The notes beneath the pieces were generated by a model, which ran no database searches, was not told where the DNA came from, and worked only from the letters and a program-made list of their open reading frames with translations. Positions 17,160 through 20,210 of a stretch of DNA of 20,210 nucleotides are shown here, piece by piece. Location: assembly GCA_041497895.1 (NCBI GenBank), contig JBGQHJ010000091.1:1-20210 (forward strand), written 5' to 3'. Made by a program: the position numbers and the translations under genes. The stretch's first letter is position 1. Every line of letters begins with the position of its first letter. The DNA comes from Candidatus Methylomirabilia bacterium (GTDB lineage: Bacteria > Methylomirabilota > Methylomirabilia > Rokubacteriales > CSP1-6).

Positions 17160-18073
17160 GTAACGATCAGGGGGTTCTTGTCGGTGATGACGCGGTCGTT
17201 CTTCTCGATCGACTGGCGCAGGAACTTGGGCAGGCTGAAGCAGTGCAGGTGCGCGTTGCCGTCCCAGTAGCCGAGCTGCTTGGGATCGAGACGCTCGGCG
17301 ATGAGCCGGTCGATGTCCGCCGCGGTCTGCTTCCGGGGATCGGTGCCCTTCGAGGCCAGGATGAACCCCCACGGCGTCCCGAAGCAGGAGATGAAGCTCT
17401 GGTAGGGCGCCACCACCGGGAAGACTTCCTTGAGGGTCCGGTTGACCGCCCCGTGGAAGAAGATCTCGTTCACCTTGGTCATGCCGGCCTGCATGGTCAT
17501 GACCCCGTGCTCGGTCAGCCGGTCACGGATCAGGGTGTAGAACTCCTTGGTGAAGAGCAGGCACGCCGGCCCCTCCTCGAGGGGCTCCACCAGGTCGACG
17601 ACGATGAGGTCGAACCGGTCGGTGGTCTTCTCGAGGTAGGCCCGGGCGTCCTCGTGGAGCAGCCGCGTCCGGGGGTCGTCGAAGGCCCCCTGGTGCATCT
17701 CCGGCAGGTGCTTCTTGCACTCCTCGACCACCTCGCCGTCGATGTCGACCATCAGGCAGTCGGTGATCGTCTTGTAGCGGAGGATCTCCCGGACGGTCGC
17801 GCCTTCACCCCCGCCGATGACCATGGCCTTCTGGGGCCGGGGGTGGGCCAGGAGCCCCGGGTGCACCAGGGTCTCGTGGTAGATGAACTCGTCGGCCTGG
17901 CTCGACTGGATCCGCCCGTCCAGCACGAGACACTTGCCGTACGAGTGGGTGTCCATGATCTCCATGAACTGGAACTTGGTCTGGCGGGTGACGATGGTCC
18001 GGGCGATGGCGTGCATGTGCCCCTCGACCGGGGTCGTGGTCTCGAAGAACCACTTGTACTGGGGCGTCGCCAT
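17156..18073 (-). CDS. speE: Polyamine aminopropyltransferase (SpeE family, GGGEG type)
   Basis: GKCLVLDGRIQS, DEFIYHETLVHP, IGGGEGATVREIL, VDIDGEVV, GAFDDPR, DARAYL. Confidence 0.93.
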   Translation of the reverse strand: MATPQYKWFFETTTPVEGHMHAIARTIVTRQTKFQFMEIMDTHSYGKCLVLDGRIQSSQADEFIYHETLVHPGLLAHPRPQKAMVIGGGEGATVREILRYKTITDCLMVDIDGEVVEECKKHLPEMHQGAFDDPRTRLLHEDARAYLEKTTDRFDLIVVDLVEPLEEGPACLLFTKEFYTLIRDRLTEHGVMTMQAGMTKVNEIFFHGAVNRTLKEVFPVVAPYQSFISCFGTPWGFILASKGTDPRKQTAADIDRLIAERLDPKQLGYWDGNAHLHCFSLPKFLRQSIEKNDRVITDKNPLIVT

Positions 18074-18080
18074 CGGCCGA

Positions 18081-18491
18081 TCAGCCGCGAGTGGTGACGA
18101 CGGGGGCGCCGGCCGGCTTGTGCAGGAGCGGCCGGCCGTGGTTCACGAAGATGCCGCGCTGGAGCTCGACCACCGAGGCCCGGGCGGCCCCGAGCTGCTC
18201 GACGAGGTAGTCGGCCGCGACCTGGGGCTGGAGCACGTCGCCGCAGGAGAACACGTCCACCGCGGCGTAGCGGTACTCGGGCCAGGTGTGGATCGCCAGG
18301 TGCGACTCGGCGATGACGACGACTCCGCTGATGCCAAACGGGTTGAACTCGTGAAAGACGACATCGATGATGGTGGCCTGAGCCCGCTTGGCCGCCTCCA
18401 CCATGGACGCCTTCACGGTGTCCAGACTGTTAAGGGCCTCTGCGTCGCAGTCGAACAACTCGAGCAGCAGGTGACGCCCCAGTGCTTGCAC
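18081..18491 (-). CDS. speD: S-adenosylmethionine decarboxylase proenzyme (class 1B, pyruvoyl)
   Basis: GTG 18491 after GAGGGGAGGG. ALGRHLLLEL, FHEFNPFGISGVVVIAESHLAIHTWPE (ESH self-cleavage site), AAVDVFSCG. Confidence 0.93.
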   Translation of the reverse strand: MQALGRHLLLELFDCDAEALNSLDTVKASMVEAAKRAQATIIDVVFHEFNPFGISGVVVIAESHLAIHTWPEYRYAAVDVFSCGDVLQPQVAADYLVEQLGAARASVVELQRGIFVNHGRPLLHKPAGAPVVTTRG

Positions 18492-18561
18492 TCTTTCCCT
18501 CCCCTCGAATGGTCTGGCCGTGTTCCACCCGGCTTTTTTTCTACTTGCCGGATTTTTCTGC

Positions 18562-18590
18562 ACTGTGGGGCTATTTTTTTTTCATTGCAA
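18562..18590 (-). promoter_or_regulatory. Candidate speD promoter TTGCAA-N17-CACAGT
   Basis: Correct spacing within an A/T-tract-rich patch, but the -10 is weak. Confidence 0.4.
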
Positions 18591-18707
18591 GAAAAAAATG
18601 CCGTTTTGGGCGGCTCCGGAGGCGCCGCGAGCGCGCTCCGACGGCTCCGCGCGAGCGCTCCGCGGTCGCGACGAGCCCGCCGAGCGCCTCCGCGGGCAAC
18701 TTTTCGC

Positions 18708-18735
18708 TTGCGTTCGTGGGCCGAGCCGCTACGAT
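18708..18735 (+). promoter_or_regulatory. Candidate promoter TTGCGT-N16-TACGAT for the arginine decarboxylase operon
   Basis: Near-consensus hexamers about 105 nt upstream of ATG 18841. Confidence 0.5.
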
Positions 18736-18840
18736 GAGCCAGAAATTCACGACGGGCGGCGGTGGGGCGCCGCTCGAGAGACGGCGCGGACGTTTCAGCT
18801 CGGAGAGCTCGCTCACGAGCCCGCTCATGAGGAGGAGCGA

Positions 18841-19335
18841 ATGCACTTCGCACCAGTCACCAAGGCGGCAGGCACCTCCGGCAACGCCGAGGGTTCGACC
18901 CCACTCAACGCCTTCGACAACGCCCTCCTGGCGGCCGGGATCGGCAACATCAACCTGATCAAGGTCTCGAGCATCCTCCCTCCCGGCGTCGAGCTGGTCC
19001 CGCTCCCCCGCATCAAGCTGGGCGCGCTCGTGCCCACCGCCTACGCGGCGATGACGAGCGAGGTCCCGGGCGAGGTCGTGGCCGCCGCGGTCGGCTGGGC
19101 GCGGCCGATGGACCCCGCCAAGAACGGGGTCATCATGGAGTTCCACGACAAGGCCACCCGCGAGGAAGCCGAGCGGATGATCGTGCAGATGCTCGAGGAG
19201 GCCTTCCGGGTCCGGGGCGAGACGATCCGCGACATGCAGGTCTTCGCGATCGAGCATCGGGTCGAGCGGACCGGCTGCGCCCTGGCCGCGGTGACGCTCC
19301 TCTCCGAGGACGACCTGATCCCGAGCGGGGGTTAG
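18841..19335 (+). CDS. pdaD: Pyruvoyl-dependent arginine decarboxylase
   Basis: ATG after GAGGAGGAG. EGSTPLNAFDNALLAAGIGNINLIKVSSILPP (Ser-Ser cleavage site), GALVPTAY, GVIME. Confidence 0.9.
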   Translation: MHFAPVTKAAGTSGNAEGSTPLNAFDNALLAAGIGNINLIKVSSILPPGVELVPLPRIKLGALVPTAYAAMTSEVPGEVVAAAVGWARPMDPAKNGVIMEFHDKATREEAERMIVQMLEEAFRVRGETIRDMQVFAIEHRVERTGCALAAVTLLSEDDLIPSGG

Positions 19336-19344
19336 CGCCGGCTG

Positions 19345-20202
19345 TTGATCCCGGCTGAGCCCCGCTTCATCGCCTGCCGGGCCTCCCTCCAGGATGCCGG
19401 GATCGTGCTCTTCGGCATCCCCTTCGAAGGGCGCGTCAACCTCCGCCGCGGGGCCGACCACGGCCCGCGCGACCTCCGGCTGGCTTCCGACTCCATCGAG
19501 ACATATTCCCCGTTCCTCGGACGCGACCTCGAAGACCTGGCCATCGCCGACCTGGGCGACTGCGAGCTGGGCGACGGGTCACCCCGGGAGCAGCTCGCGC
19601 GCGCCCGGGAGGAGATCCGGCGGTTCTGGCGGCCGGGGCTGCGGCCGGTGATGCTGGGCGGCGACCACACCGCCACGCTCCCGGTCATCGAGGTGCTGGC
19701 GCCGGCGATCCCGGACCTGCGCATCCTCCAGCTCGACGCCCACCCCGATCTCCGCGACGAGTTCCTGGGCGAGCGCTACAACTACGCCTCGGCCATGGCC
19801 CGGGTGATGGACGTGGTCGCCCCGGAGCGCGTCTACCAGGTCGGCATGCGGACGGGCGCCCGGGAGGAGTACCAGCGCAAGGCGCCCCATCTGTTCCCGG
19901 CCCACCGGGTGAGCCCGCTCGAGGCGGTCCGGAGCCTGCTGCCCGAGCTGCGGGCGCACCCGCTCTACGTGACCATCGACGTCGACGTGCTCGACCCGTC
20001 GGAGGCGCCCGGCACCGGCGCGCCCGAGCCCTGCGGGATCACGGCCGCCGAGCTGGTGGAGATCATCCGCCTCCTGGCCCCCTGCGACATTGTCGGCACC
20101 GACCTCATGGAGGTCGCGCACACCTGGGACCCCTCGGGCCGCACCGGCATCACCGCCTCCTGGATCCTCCGCGAAGCCATTCTCACGTGGTGGGGCCGAT
20201 GA
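19345..20202 (+). CDS. speB: Agmatinase-family ureohydrolase
   Basis: GIPF, LGGDH, LDAHPDLR, IDVDVLDPSEAPGTGAPEPCG, DLMEV; follows the arginine decarboxylase gene. TTG start is uncertain. Confidence 0.85.
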   Translation: MIPAEPRFIACRASLQDAGIVLFGIPFEGRVNLRRGADHGPRDLRLASDSIETYSPFLGRDLEDLAIADLGDCELGDGSPREQLARAREEIRRFWRPGLRPVMLGGDHTATLPVIEVLAPAIPDLRILQLDAHPDLRDEFLGERYNYASAMARVMDVVAPERVYQVGMRTGAREEYQRKAPHLFPAHRVSPLEAVRSLLPELRAHPLYVTIDVDVLDPSEAPGTGAPEPCGITAAELVEIIRLLAPCDIVGTDLMEVAHTWDPSGRTGITASWILREAILTWWGR

Positions 20203-20210
20203 AGCCACAC

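Noticed and set aside
18617..18692. 9-bp inverted repeat CGGAGGCGC...GCGCCTCCG with internal near-direct repeats, as a MITE or REP
   Set aside because: Single copy, extremely GC-rich and no target duplication seen; plausible by chance.
18492..18840. SAM-I/spermidine or guanidine riboswitch in the polyamine intergenic region
   Set aside because: No SAM-I core and no paired ACGR-loop hairpins were recognisable on either strand.
18520..18840. N-terminal extensions in the ORF track (pdaD from 18520, speD from 18563, rarA from 11782, GntR from 9751, binding protein from 15157, CBS from 10359)
   Set aside because: Downstream starts have SD sequences, stop/start overlaps or a promoter, and coincide with the family N-termini.
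1..20210. CRISPR array, transposase, integrase, tRNA or rRNA
   Set aside because: No repeat-spacer pattern or matching motifs seen; nearly all of the window is accounted for by coding genes.

Overview
A high-GC bacterial chromosomal window with no mobile element, CRISPR array or structural RNA gene that I can recognise. It holds four blocks. (1) A Kdp potassium-uptake locus: kdpB (partial), kdpA, kdpF and a second 27-aa membrane peptide on the minus strand. A tandem-USP gene, a CBS-BON gene and a CBS gene sit between these and kdpDE. An 11-bp-spaced TTGA direct-repeat motif (candidate KdpE box) occurs both at the kdp promoter and between the USP and CBS-BON genes. (2) A probably autoregulated operon: a 72-aa protein, a PlmA-like long GntR regulator, an AcuB-like CBS protein and a HAD hydrolase, preceded by a palindromic operator. 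(3) Housekeeping genes rarA, ddl and murG plus an orphan SsuA/THI5-like solute-binding protein. (4) A divergent polyamine cluster: speD-speE-maf on the minus strand, pyruvoyl arginine decarboxylase and a ureohydrolase on the plus strand. The SpeE resembles Thermus-type agmatine aminopropyltransferases and the ureohydrolase lacks the conserved active-site His. Two genes appear to use non-canonical start codons (ATA, CTG) that overlap the upstream stop, and rarA looks leaderless. All family assignments are from motif recognition by eye, with no database searches.
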